Origin: a virus
Virus record (IMG/VR): IMGVR_UViG_3300034375_003182
Location: 1-64,000 of that record
Direction: 5' to 3' (one strand)
Length of the DNA stretch: 64,000 bases
The notes under the pieces were generated by a model. The model did not search any database. It was given only the letters and a program-made list of their open reading frames with translations, and was not told the origin of the DNA. The position numbers and the translations under genes were made by a program. Within the stretch, counting starts at the first letter, position 1; every line of letters begins with the position of its first letter. Positions 27,401 through 37,732 of this stretch are shown one piece after another.

Positions 27401-30400
27401 TGTTTGCTTACTTCTTGTACCTCTGGGTTCTGATAGTTTTGATAATCTAGTTGTTTTAGTTTAGCAAACTCTTTATTCATTGCTACAACTTTATCTACAA
27501 CAGATTCGCCCAATCCTACCTGCTGTGCTAGTGTAGCATACTTTCTAGGATTTAAAGTTCTAAGAGCTTGTACTCTTTGAGTGCTTGTAGAGTTTGCATT
27601 AGTTAGGAATGGTACAACATTTAGTTCATTCTTACTACGGTTATATGTATAGTTAGGTAGGAATATAGATAGTTTATCAATATCGTAGTCACTACCAGCT
27701 TTAACTACAATCTCTGAAGGTACCATGATAGCATCACCAGCCTCTTGCGGTAAGAAGCCTGCTATCTCAATTGCTTCTATAGAGTTCAATGCTGACGTTG
27801 GAATACGGAATCCATATACTTCAAGCATCTCTTTGCCTCCTATCTTTTCACCGTCTCTATATACACCATCTTCTCTTATAGTAACATTCTCTCCAATCAG
27901 CTCTTTAAAATAATGTGGTAACATTACCTGCATTGCTTTTACCTTACCATCTTCTTTTCTATAGAACTGTAGTGCAGCAACGTTCGCCCCATACTTATGT
28001 TTATCTTGGTATACAGTACGTTGTTCTACCTCTATACCTGCAGATGATACTTGTACCTTAGCGCCTCCAAATGTTTTATAGTTTACAATACGATTAGATA
28101 CTAAAGAGTATAGAAGGTTTTCTATCTTAGGCTTATTACCTAATACATCTAGCACTCTAGTTTCTCCTGATAAGAATTCTTCTAGACCATCTAAGTATGC
28201 ATCGGACATGTCTCGTCTTTCAGCCTCACCTCTTAATACTTCTGTAAGCTTTTCATATCCTTCCTCACTGATAGTAAACTCATTGCCTGCGTCTTCTATT
28301 CCAAACTCTCGTTTTAAAGACTCAAACTCCGCATCAACTAGTTCATTTTCTAATACCTGTAGTCTTTTATCTATAGCAGCAACTTCTTTATTTACAACCT
28401 TACCATTCTCATATGCATTAGAAGCAAGTAGTGCTCTTTGCTGACTACCTTTAGATACTTTTGTTTTTACTGGGTTCTGAGTTTCAACTTGTATACCCAT
28501 AAAGTCGTAGTACAACTCTGATACATTAGCCTGGTCTATTCCCGCATAGTCTCCAGACTCATCATAGAAGTCATTAGATGCATTATCTGCTCCTACAACT
28601 TTACCTACTTTAACACCACTTTCAAATACCGCTAGCCCCACCTGATTATCTATCATGTCGTCTAGCATCTTACCTAAATTACTACCCTTACCAATAGACT
28701 CTACTAGTTGTGGGTATATAGGTAATACAGATAGCTTGATAAATGCAGGTGAATATATACCTGTAGCGTATGTAGGCCCGTAGTACTGTGGTTTTAGTGG
28801 AGGGAATACTGCCATCTCTTGTGCAGATAGTGGTTGACCCTCTCTAACTTTTTTATATGCAGTTCTTTGATCTGGCGTAACATTACCTACACGCTCTAAG
28901 AATTCCATATACTCATCAATAGTCATGTAACCTTGCGCATCTGCCTCATCAAACTCTAAGTATGGTCTTAGTATTTCGTATACTTCTTCTGTCTTAGGGT
29001 CTAGTTGTACATTAGGTGTTTCTAATTTAATTTGTATAGCCGCAGGATCTGCTCCATATGCTTCAGCATACTCTAAAAATCTTTCATTAGTTATAGAAGC
29101 TTTTACATCTCTATAAGTTATGTGGCGCATCTTGCCGTCTGCAGTCTTACCATCTAATCTTTCATAGTTTTGGTTTAACCAGTCATTTACTTCTACACTG
29201 TTATCTGCAAAGAGCTTAGGCCCGTGTGGTCCTGATGTACGTTTAAAGAATGAGTCTGGCTTAAAGAATCCTAAGTCTCCTAGTACAGCTATAGTCTGCT
29301 CTATGTTACCTGCTTCATGCAGCATCACAAACTTCTTAAGCATGTTCATTACATCTCCCTCTAGCATAGAGTTGTGAGTACCACTCTTCTCAAAATCTAA
29401 ATTGTTCTTAGCAAGTATTTGATCTGATACCTCAACGTTATATTTTATATTGTTTTCAGGATCTAGCTTAATTAATTTATTTTCTATGCCTGCTCTAAAC
29501 AGTTCTTCAGCTCTAGTTTTTAGATGTGTTCTTAAGTCTGCTTCTATAGCCTCTTTATTCTCAGCCATATATGCATCTATGTTTCCTACTCCACCTACAT
29601 CTTGTAAATTTACTGAGGTTACATAGTCAAATACTCTTAATTGTCCCTTGTTTCTATTGTAACCATCTATAGAGTTACCATGATTACTAAGAGCTTTGTA
29701 TATTTCTTGTCTTAAATACTTTGACATTTGACCTACATACTCTGCTTCTGTCTTAGGCATAAGATCTATAAGTGCAGAGCCTTCTTCATTTCTTGCATTT
29801 AAGTCAAATACAAATTGTGATTTCTTTTCTGCTGGTCTTATCTGTGGTATTCTACCATCTAGCACAGCATTGAAGTCTGTTCTAAATCTTCTAGAAGGCG
29901 AGTTGTTTTCATATACAAACCCTCTACGGTTACCTTCTTTCTTGATACCATTCAATGTACCCATACCTATCTTCATGCCTCCCATACTTCCTTCTAGGAA
30001 TATAGAACCTTTAACAGACTCCATTAGTTCCCCGGTTTCAGGATCTATAAAGAACTCAGGTACACGACCATTGTTTAGTCTACCTACTATATTAGTTGTA
30101 AAGTTATTTGTTATTACACCGTAAGCAGTTTTACCATCAGCTGTTTGGAATTGTAGGTCCACAGACTTTTCAGTTCTATCAGCTTGTATATCTATAATCT
30201 TTTTAAATCTACTAAACGCTCCGCTTTCTCTGCTGAATATATCCTCTATACTAACGCCCTCTTCACCAAGCTCTACTAGTTTAGATAGTATACCTGTACC
30301 CTCTGATGGTACAAGCTCTGAAAGAATATTCATTCTTTGTTTAGTACTAAGAGACTCTGGGTTAGTAAACTCTACACCCATGTAGTTTAATATTGCAAGA

Positions 30401-33400
30401 GCATCAGCCTCATTAATGTTGGCTCCTTTACCTGCAAGCTTAGCAAGAGTCATTTGACGACCATTAACATTAAATGCTTTATTCGGCTCTATCACTACTC
30501 TACCAGTTTCTGGATCTACAGAGAAAGGTCCTTTACCTTCTTGTACTCTTTCTTTAAAGTTAGCTCTAAACTCTGACATGATAAGAGCAGACTCTCTATC
30601 TGCGTTAGCAGGCATAAATGTAACATGTCCATTCTCTGCGTCGTATATAGCTATAATATCTTCACTATTAAATTTATGGAACTGCTGTCTAAACTGTCTT
30701 TGTAGTTTAAACTCATTAGCAGTTAATGCAGATGCATCTTTAGTTACCTGCAGTCTGTTTATAAGAGTTGTAATAGGACCAGGTGTACCAGCTATGTCAG
30801 CGTACTCTGGGTGTTCTATAGCTAACTCTCTTAGTTTATTTATCTGATCTGCAAATGACTCAGTGCCTGCTAGTCTTTTAAGAACTAGATTGAAGAAAGG
30901 CTTGTAGTCTACTAGTCCTAAACCATAAGCACTATTTGTATTCTTCATACTTCTAGATGCAGGCAGTGTAGCAATTAATAGTTTTACAGCAGCTGGGGCA
31001 GTGTCCTTTAGATTAATTTCATTATTCTCATTTATATTGTAGCTATCTCTTAGCTTAGTAGACTCTGCATTTTCTTTTATCTCTAGTTGTACCTTAAACT
31101 GCTCTAGAAAGTCAAATACAGATTGTGTAACAGCTGTTGTATTGTGATAAACCATCGCAGCTAAGTTGTCTATATCCTGCTGTACTTCTGCGCTTGCGTT
31201 TTGTCTTATCTTATTTAGATTTGTAAAGTATGTACGATACGTAACATTCATTAACTCCTGCATCTTTTGTTTCTTTGCATCTGAGTTATTCTTAGATGAC
31301 AAGTCTAACAAGTCAGCCATACTGAATCCAGCCACCTGACCATTAAACAAGTGTCCAAACATTATACGAGTTAGTGATTCTGTAATAGCCTTGCTTTGAT
31401 CTACGCTTATCTTAGAACCATCTGCTAGTGTAATACGCTTATCCATGGACATTGCAAAGTCCGGGTTGTTTACAGGTTGTACAAATCTGTTATCTCTAAT
31501 ACTATCAAAGAACTGTTGTAATCTTTGTCTGTCCGCTGCTGGCCCTCTACCAAGCATTGTGTTAAAGAACTCTTTGATTGCATTAAAGAATCGTTTTATA
31601 AAATTACTATCCTTATTTGTTTTGTTGCCTATCTTATACTTATCTCCTACTAACATGTAAGATCTAAACTCTTCAGCAAGTCCCTCTTCTATATTTTCTG
31701 TTTGACCAGTAAGTCTTGTGAATGCATCTTCTATCTCCTGCTTAGTTTCAGGAGTAGTAAATCTACCTGATACTACGTGGTACGCCTCGTGATATACTGT
31801 ACCTTCTTGTGCTAGATCTGATAGTAATACTCTAGCAGCATTTAAAGTTCTACCATATGACTTACCATCAATAAGTCCGTCTATTACTTTGATTGGTATG
31901 TTAGGAAACTTACCTTCAAACCATGCTATCTCTGCAGGTATGTTAGCAGCTTTGTATTGTTCTGTAACTTCAGAAGCTAACAAGTCTTGTACTTCAGGTC
32001 CCATAGTAGGATCTTCCATCTGCCCACCGAACTTAGCTAATATGTCTACAGTAGACGGAGCTTGCTTTGATTCGGAGTCTTGTGCACTGTACGCTTCTAG
32101 TATAGCCTGATCCACACTAGTAGGATTAGTCTGTTTAGCAGCATCTACTTTTGGTGGAACTATAACATTCTTTTCTGAGATTTCAAATCCAGCGGTAAGG
32201 CCAGGGCTTACTTCTTTTATTTTAGATACAGCGCCCATAAATGATAAATCTTTCTGAGCATTATAGAAGTCAATAATCTTTACAACATTAGTGTCAACAT
32301 CATCACTCTTAACAATTATCTTGTTATCATTACCTTTACTTATCTCATAGGTTCCTATAAGTGAGCCATCCGCTTTGGTAACAGTAAGATTGTAGTCTTG
32401 TCCAACTACCATATCAGGAGTATCAAGACCGGTGTCTTCTTGTGCTCCTTCAGTAAGGTCTGTAGGTGCATCTGTTTTTGCTACAGGAGTAATAGGAGAC
32501 TGCTGAGCTACAGATTGACCATAGTCATACTTTAGGTATGTTCTCTTTATCTGTGTATTGTTTACATCTTTAGACATTGGAACTATACCTGTAGTAAGTG
32601 GAGGTGTGGTGCCATCCTCTCTTTGTAGGAACAGATAGTCATTGTAGCTATCATATGTAACACCAGGTTGTGTACCTTCAGGTGTTACAACTACAGATGT
32701 GTATGGCTTATTAGGCTTGTTTAAAAGGCTCTTATCTATGTTGTGATTCTTTGTAGCTAAGAACTCTTTTAACAATTGTACGTTTGCTTCGTTATATATA
32801 TCTACAGTTGTACTGATTGGATTCCCATCAGCGTCAGTGCTGTTAACTACATCAGCTGGGGCGTTTGGATCTAGACTTCTTATATCTATCTTATTACCGC
32901 CAAAGTTTAGGTATGTTACATCGCCTTCTCTTGCTGCATATATCTCAAATGACTTAGAGTTAGGACTGTCTGTAGCTCTTCTGTTAAATCCAATTAAACT
33001 ATTAAGGTATGGACGAACTTGAACATCAGTGCCTTCTATAATGTTGGCAGCAGCTGCAACATCTTTATCAGTTGAATGTAGCTTTGTACCATATGCTGCA
33101 AGTATTTGTACAGCAGTTTCTATTTCTGTATCAGTAAGTGTTCTAGTTTCTAGTGGTACCGGGTAGCCTTTGTGCGCCGCATATGGCATACCTCTAACTA
33201 CCTTATACTTATTACCACCTTCTTGTATAGTTGTAAACCCATCAGGACCTGTTACACCTGTGGCTATATTAACTTTTATTTTCTTAAGTTTCTTTTCATC
33301 ATTTGTTATTCTACCTAGAGCAGCACCCTTTACGTAGTTACCATCTGCGTCTTTCTGCATAACAGCGGTGCCTCTACCTTTACCTGAAATTCTAAACGAC

Positions 33401-36400
33401 ACAGGCCCTCTAGACAATAAAATCTTTTTTCTAGAAACTTTATATGCCTCTGTAAGAATATCAAACTGAGCTTTGTTGTCTTCGTTTACACCAGAAAACT
33501 TACTACCATCTTCATTGGGCAATAGTTGTTTTGTGTATATAAGTCCGCCATCCTCTGATCTAACATATTTTTTATTTACTTTGTCGTAAACTGCCAGTAC
33601 TATATCAGCGTTTTCCGGTGTAGCTTCTGAACCTGTAAAGAATTCGTCTTGGTTTAATGCATCTATGTCTTTCTGCTCTAAACCTGCACTTTCTACATTT
33701 CCTCTGTGGAATGCACGAAGTTCATACTTATCATTTCTTATATCAGTAGGTAGTATACTGTCAACAAACTTAAAGAATCTTCTTTGGTCTAAAGACATGT
33801 TCTCCTCACTGGTATCCTCAAACTTATTCTCTACGTCTATACCACCAGTCTTACCATATCCTATATCAAATGCATTAGGTTTAGTATGTGTCTTATCTTC
33901 ATTAGAAATAAAGTCAGCTGTTCTACTAGGACCATCTATTGTTACAGCCTCATTAGATTTAGGAGCTGGCGCAATTACACCCCTGCCCATCACCTGGTCG
34001 TATACTCTACCTTCTTCTATAACTATAGCTGAGAGCTTCTTCTGTAAGGCGTTATAGTTTGTACCAAATATAATACTACGCTGTACTTTCTCCATGCCTT
34101 TGTATTTATTATCTAAGGCATCAATCATAGCTGCTTCTCTTTGCTTAGCGGCACGCAATGTTGTTTCTAGTTTTTCTAGCTTCTCTTCTGTGGCAAAGAA
34201 CTCGTCCTCCAAGAACCTTTGATCTTCTCTTTTCTTATACAAGTCCTGGAACTCAGAATACATCTTTGGTCTATTTACCAATAGATCTGCAAACTCAGGA
34301 TATTGATTAGCTAGATCAGCTTGTTCATTAGAAAACTCTATAAACTTAGCAGCATCTAGAGGATTTGCTCCTGGATATGTTTCTTTGAATTTTGTATATG
34401 CATTGAAGAACCTGTCTTCCATAAGTATATCCTTCAGCACATCATAATAATTCTTTGCTTTTTGTGCACTATCTTCAAGAACAGCTATCTGATCCATCAA
34501 CTCTTCTAAAGCCTGCTCAGTTCTACTTATAGATCCTTGAGCATTTGTATCTAACTCAGTTCTAGTTGACAGCTTAACGCTACCATCAGGCTGTAAGGTG
34601 GTGCCTGATATTCCTAATTGTTGTAGGCCTTGTTCTTTTAGTTGTTTTTCTAACTCAAGTCTATCTTCCATAGGAAGCATAAATGCAGACTCAGTCTCTT
34701 TCAACATCTGATCTAGGAACTTAGCATTCTCTTTTATAAGCTCCGCGTCTTCTTGCAGTTTATCTCTCTTTTCACCAAGCTCTTGATACAGGGACTCTGC
34801 CAGCATCATATCACTCTCTAGTTGGTTTATACTTACAAACCTACCTTTTTCATCACGACGAGTTTCATATCTCTTAAGCTGGGCTCTCATAGCCTCAGCT
34901 CCATAGTTCAGTCTTTTATCTAGTTCCTCTATTTCTTTCTGTATCTCTACTAGTCTTGAGGTATCAGTTTTCTGTATTCTTTCTATAGCCTCTGCTACTT
35001 TACGTCTTTCTATTGCATTCTGATTTAGTATAGATACGCCAGGTCTATAATCACCATTTGACATAATATCATCCATTGATATTTTGTCATTAGCATCTTT
35101 TACATTATATAAGGTAGTCGGATCTAAGAATCTATAGAACTTTTCTTTACCGTCTTTGCCTAATATTCCAACTTCGTTCTCTCTGTTTTCATTATAGAAC
35201 CTTACTTTATCATTCTCTCTAACAGCTTGCTGAGTTGCTACTGCCTGGCGCTCAGCTTCTTCCTTATTATAGTCGTCCATGTAGTACTCAATCTGCTGGA
35301 ACGCCTCTCTCTGACCTTCAGGGTCAGTCAGATTATTATATAAATCAATAAACTGCTCACGTCTAGCTCTAAGCATTCTAAGATCTCTAAGTGTGGAAAG
35401 CATCTCTTCTTGAGATTCTGTTTTAGCAGCTTCGTTAGGATTATTATTTATAAACTGATTCATAATGTCAGCATCCTCACGAGTGTTCTGACCAAAACCA
35501 TTTAAAGCACTTTGTTGCAGGGCATCTCTTGCAACTTCTAACTCCGCTCTAGCTTCTGGTGATAGTTTGTCAGGACTACTGTCTTCTAATGTATCATCCT
35601 TTCTAAGCACATCCTCTATCTGTTGTAACTCCCTATTGACTGTAGGAGCCTTTTGACTATATGCAGCATCAAAATCTATAGTAGTACCAGCTAGCTCGTT
35701 TACTCTTTTTTGTAAATCAGCTTCTCTTAAATCTACATTGTCTGCTACAGCTACTGCATGTGTTAGCATGTCTCTTACCTCTTTTGAATACTGCGCAAAC
35801 TTTGGGTTATTGTTTATCTGATCATGGGCCTTCTTTATCTTCTTAGCCTTTTCTATTGCAGAATCTACTACTTTATTCTTTCTATCAGTAAGTTCTTGAT
35901 CAGTCATAGTAGAGGTATCGTAGCCCATATCTCTTGCAAACTGTTCATTACTAGATTCTCTAACAGCCTCAAAGTCTTCCATTACATGCTCAAACAATCC
36001 AGCCTGTATTCTAGAATCTACATAGCTATACATCTGATCATTCTCTGCATTTTTATATGCAAACATGTTTTGTTCTGCTAACGCCGCATCCATCTCCTGC
36101 TGTAAGTTTGTAGCTTTAGAGAAGTTCTCGAAGTTAGTCTGCATGTTCTTTATAGTAGCAGCCGCATTAGGGTTTTTATTTAGATAATCTACTAATCTAT
36201 CTGTACGTCTTCTCTTATCCTTCTGCTCTCTGATGGCACCTACGATACCCCCTTGTATTTCAAACTGTCTTTTACCAGTAGTTTGAGACTTAGCATATGT
36301 AGGTATACCCATGGCACCTAGCAAGAACCCTAAACCTATTTCTTTCTGTGTATCTTTAGCTCCGTACGTTTCTATGAATGTATCATCCAAAGATCTTATC

Positions 36401-37731
36401 AAGTCTAATGCTGCGTTAACACCATGAGGTCTATCCTTTTTAGAATAGTACTCAGCTGATGCGTGCCTACCTGCATTACTTAACCATGACTGTCCACCTT
36501 CTTCTACAAAACCTTCGTAGAATGGATTCTTAAGAGCGTGGTATGCAGCACTAACGTACTTACCTTTACCCATAGATCTATATGCTGCTCTATAAGGAGC
36601 TGCTACTTGCTTCCCTGCATCTCTTATGATCTTTCCAAAGCTTCCAGACATAGAACGTGCTCCAGGTCCAAATATTTTTGGGAACTGTAGCATGTTACCA
36701 CCACCTACAAGAGCGAGGTTAGTTGTAAATACAGAGTTAGCTGATTGTGTAGCTAGGTCTTTTATAAAAGCTAGCTCTTCATCTGTAGGCTGTCTTCCAT
36801 TCTTAGAAACAAAGTCCTCTACACCGTCTTTTACTACACTGTCTAAGTGATGTCTTGCTTCTACACCTGCCTCATACCCAGCACCTGTAACAAGCTGTCT
36901 CATTACCTTGGATGCACTCCTAGCTTTTTGCATAGCTGATAGCCCTCCACGAGTTAGCCTGGCAGCATCACCCATCTTATCAGTTGTCTTTGCAGTTTTA
37001 CCTGCAATTTTAAATATCTTTTTTGCTTTTGATAGCAAGCTTGCAGTTGCTACAGCTTGTGCAGGAGCTGCGCCACCAAAACTTGCAGCGGTAGTAGCTG
37101 TCAAAGCCGCCTCTGTTAGGATAGCACCTGCTATAAAAGATAGCCCATTAGTAAAATCATTTGCCCAGAAGTTCCCTGTACCTAAGCTTTTAAAAAACCC
37201 TAAGTCTCTTTCTTCTTTTGCTATATAGTTAGGTAAGTTGTAGTCTAAGGCTTCGTTTATATCATCAAGACCACGTGTAAACTCATTATCAAATACAGAC
37301 TTAAAAGAGTCTGCTGCATCAGCGTCTGTCATTGCATACTTACCCAAACCATGCAAACTTGTAAATATAGTTCCTATACCACCAACTGTAGCTGTAGCAG
37401 TTTTACCAGCTAGTTTACCTACAGCGTTACCCCACTCTGTAGCATTGCTTTGACCATACGCAGCTAGATCTGTAAGGTCATCATTCTCAATATTAATTGG
37501 GGCTCTTAGAAAGTCTGGAGTTTCATATAGCTTTGCAGCTCCCTCTGAAGCATCTTCAAATAACTTTTGATCTGCAGATGTTCTACGAGTAAGACCCATA
37601 AAGCTTTGACCTTCAACTGGATCTACGTCCAACGAAGTCTCAGCCTCTTTTGCTTTTGTTAACCCCTCTTCTAAACCTGTATCTTTATCTATCTCAGATT
37701 TAAACTCCATTAAATTTTTTAGTATACCCAT
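24454..37731 (-). CDS. giant virion-packaged two-barrel RNA polymerase, crAss-type, with zincin-like and macro-like domains
   Basis: 4425 aa; FRIPT..NS and GSDYDIDKL catalytic motif (cf. DFDID of phi14:2 gp66); HEAYH; C-terminal GDIF..VPVD..G..GLA..PTK..PPLG. Confidence 0.9.
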   Translation of the reverse strand: MGILKNLMEFKSEIDKDTGLEEGLTKAKEAETSLDVDPVEGQSFMGLTRRTSADQKLFEDASEGAAKLYETPDFLRAPINIENDDLTDLAAYGQSNATEWGNAVGKLAGKTATATVGGIGTIFTSLHGLGKYAMTDADAADSFKSVFDNEFTRGLDDINEALDYNLPNYIAKEERDLGFFKSLGTGNFWANDFTNGLSFIAGAILTEAALTATTAASFGGAAPAQAVATASLLSKAKKIFKIAGKTAKTTDKMGDAARLTRGGLSAMQKARSASKVMRQLVTGAGYEAGVEARHHLDSVVKDGVEDFVSKNGRQPTDEELAFIKDLATQSANSVFTTNLALVGGGNMLQFPKIFGPGARSMSGSFGKIIRDAGKQVAAPYRAAYRSMGKGKYVSAAYHALKNPFYEGFVEEGGQSWLSNAGRHASAEYYSKKDRPHGVNAALDLIRSLDDTFIETYGAKDTQKEIGLGFLLGAMGIPTYAKSQTTGKRQFEIQGGIVGAIREQKDKRRRTDRLVDYLNKNPNAAATIKNMQTNFENFSKATNLQQEMDAALAEQNMFAYKNAENDQMYSYVDSRIQAGLFEHVMEDFEAVRESSNEQFARDMGYDTSTMTDQELTDRKNKVVDSAIEKAKKIKKAHDQINNNPKFAQYSKEVRDMLTHAVAVADNVDLREADLQKRVNELAGTTIDFDAAYSQKAPTVNRELQQIEDVLRKDDTLEDSSPDKLSPEARAELEVARDALQQSALNGFGQNTREDADIMNQFINNNPNEAAKTESQEEMLSTLRDLRMLRARREQFIDLYNNLTDPEGQREAFQQIEYYMDDYNKEEAERQAVATQQAVRENDKVRFYNENRENEVGILGKDGKEKFYRFLDPTTLYNVKDANDKISMDDIMSNGDYRPGVSILNQNAIERRKVAEAIERIQKTDTSRLVEIQKEIEELDKRLNYGAEAMRAQLKRYETRRDEKGRFVSINQLESDMMLAESLYQELGEKRDKLQEDAELIKENAKFLDQMLKETESAFMLPMEDRLELEKQLKEQGLQQLGISGTTLQPDGSVKLSTRTELDTNAQGSISRTEQALEELMDQIAVLEDSAQKAKNYYDVLKDILMEDRFFNAYTKFKETYPGANPLDAAKFIEFSNEQADLANQYPEFADLLVNRPKMYSEFQDLYKKREDQRFLEDEFFATEEKLEKLETTLRAAKQREAAMIDALDNKYKGMEKVQRSIIFGTNYNALQKKLSAIVIEEGRVYDQVMGRGVIAPAPKSNEAVTIDGPSRTADFISNEDKTHTKPNAFDIGYGKTGGIDVENKFEDTSEENMSLDQRRFFKFVDSILPTDIRNDKYELRAFHRGNVESAGLEQKDIDALNQDEFFTGSEATPENADIVLAVYDKVNKKYVRSEDGGLIYTKQLLPNEDGSKFSGVNEDNKAQFDILTEAYKVSRKKILLSRGPVSFRISGKGRGTAVMQKDADGNYVKGAALGRITNDEKKLKKIKVNIATGVTGPDGFTTIQEGGNKYKVVRGMPYAAHKGYPVPLETRTLTDTEIETAVQILAAYGTKLHSTDKDVAAAANIIEGTDVQVRPYLNSLIGFNRRATDSPNSKSFEIYAAREGDVTYLNFGGNKIDIRSLDPNAPADVVNSTDADGNPISTTVDIYNEANVQLLKEFLATKNHNIDKSLLNKPNKPYTSVVVTPEGTQPGVTYDSYNDYLFLQREDGTTPPLTTGIVPMSKDVNNTQIKRTYLKYDYGQSVAQQSPITPVAKTDAPTDLTEGAQEDTGLDTPDMVVGQDYNLTVTKADGSLIGTYEISKGNDNKIIVKSDDVDTNVVKIIDFYNAQKDLSFMGAVSKIKEVSPGLTAGFEISEKNVIVPPKVDAAKQTNPTSVDQAILEAYSAQDSESKQAPSTVDILAKFGGQMEDPTMGPEVQDLLASEVTEQYKAANIPAEIAWFEGKFPNIPIKVIDGLIDGKSYGRTLNAARVLLSDLAQEGTVYHEAYHVVSGRFTTPETKQEIEDAFTRLTGQTENIEEGLAEEFRSYMLVGDKYKIGNKTNKDSNFIKRFFNAIKEFFNTMLGRGPAADRQRLQQFFDSIRDNRFVQPVNNPDFAMSMDKRITLADGSKISVDQSKAITESLTRIMFGHLFNGQVAGFSMADLLDLSSKNNSDAKKQKMQELMNVTYRTYFTNLNKIRQNASAEVQQDIDNLAAMVYHNTTAVTQSVFDFLEQFKVQLEIKENAESTKLRDSYNINENNEINLKDTAPAAVKLLIATLPASRSMKNTNSAYGLGLVDYKPFFNLVLKRLAGTESFADQINKLRELAIEHPEYADIAGTPGPITTLINRLQVTKDASALTANEFKLQRQFRQQFHKFNSEDIIAIYDAENGHVTFMPANADRESALIMSEFRANFKERVQEGKGPFSVDPETGRVVIEPNKAFNVNGRQMTLAKLAGKGANINEADALAILNYMGVEFTNPESLSTKQRMNILSELVPSEGTGILSKLVELGEEGVSIEDIFSRESGAFSRFKKIIDIQADRTEKSVDLQFQTADGKTAYGVITNNFTTNIVGRLNNGRVPEFFIDPETGELMESVKGSIFLEGSMGGMKIGMGTLNGIKKEGNRRGFVYENNSPSRRFRTDFNAVLDGRIPQIRPAEKKSQFVFDLNARNEEGSALIDLMPKTEAEYVGQMSKYLRQEIYKALSNHGNSIDGYNRNKGQLRVFDYVTSVNLQDVGGVGNIDAYMAENKEAIEADLRTHLKTRAEELFRAGIENKLIKLDPENNIKYNVEVSDQILAKNNLDFEKSGTHNSMLEGDVMNMLKKFVMLHEAGNIEQTIAVLGDLGFFKPDSFFKRTSGPHGPKLFADNSVEVNDWLNQNYERLDGKTADGKMRHITYRDVKASITNERFLEYAEAYGADPAAIQIKLETPNVQLDPKTEEVYEILRPYLEFDEADAQGYMTIDEYMEFLERVGNVTPDQRTAYKKVREGQPLSAQEMAVFPPLKPQYYGPTYATGIYSPAFIKLSVLPIYPQLVESIGKGSNLGKMLDDMIDNQVGLAVFESGVKVGKVVGADNASNDFYDESGDYAGIDQANVSELYYDFMGIQVETQNPVKTKVSKGSQQRALLASNAYENGKVVNKEVAAIDKRLQVLENELVDAEFESLKREFGIEDAGNEFTISEEGYEKLTEVLRGEAERRDMSDAYLDGLEEFLSGETRVLDVLGNKPKIENLLYSLVSNRIVNYKTFGGAKVQVSSAGIEVEQRTVYQDKHKYGANVAALQFYRKEDGKVKAMQVMLPHYFKELIGENVTIREDGVYRDGEKIGGKEMLEVYGFRIPTSALNSIEAIEIAGFLPQEAGDAIMVPSEIVVKAGSDYDIDKLSIFLPNYTYNRSKNELNVVPFLTNANSTSTQRVQALRTLNPRKYATLAQQVGLGESVVDKVVAMNKEFAKLKQLDYQNYQNPEVQEVSKQIDNLYKKRKKAPRSQRDSIDFEIGLLEMRRMAKIQDADTGMDVSIQSVKDKISKEFEKIDSQIANAVDKQDIPLERQNATQAIQNQILTNSRKIVLNEANYEQLVRPVGAQRLKDMANVIRGLQGKSNQSPRFSDLLKFEFIQEMGNRFLAGKKALGVAAVANTHQIKAQRAGLALRVDPDFSIGMPAYEMIELEDGSLAIPMGGTRDALGLNYVSEIIGEFINAFVDVSKDPFVFDINGNLTTASTYISMLRAGVPLEFVSKFMTQPVLFEMVATKTENPATGLGEISKTLQKEHENKAKDIAALSGLPTDFDATVEYTIPAMERMLALGEKARQFEEMSNGMAPEQKAKLLDQFTPQDLIDYHTFQMQAMKKYIDIRDGLTIPMQELSEAVTGDRSGLAPKNRMEAKMQVMKLNTLKAENKFVNLDKYLDESFQKSFEQSLESSSRMFDSLFATTRKADAEFILDSLIVDIINRRDIGNDDKARFAGLVENSLVNYILQTVRTENQQELFKDASRLFQGTKDSPSLARRVMQLKKDTKKSLILNELFPILQTYDPTHPEYATENIKKFNKRLTSFERNALIEDMQVLMEKDPELAKDIVKFIILQSGQQTSPVSFMDLIPAQQYIDIVDPILKKYLAGTKEQSNVNLDNFRLQFYKNNFKNPFVVPQYMKQKVDEATYGFEADTGKTQIPPGLSNKVRIVGARALQIASPNRPPQEFISVEIPDTSLSREQKARLIKAGKKTTIKKLFKLTEDSKANYKTVVKKLSEGKRKEIGNAWTMVWEQITTLGNGMYLQEYGPEGIISMVNSNNITLDGKDHTDKTLDPNVKEMRRGKQTVTGDIFNIAGIPIVPVDQSGTFANGLARVAKAKGLPIAKKFTAKANVISAPTKAQYGEPVDFAIFADSIGKIDTLAKKNPGKTFLLPPLGLEPGNKSTQQEIDSRVVIIKSLLDANPNIKLVIPDSTNPALTAHLDTLRTIFEC

Positions 37732-37732
37732 G

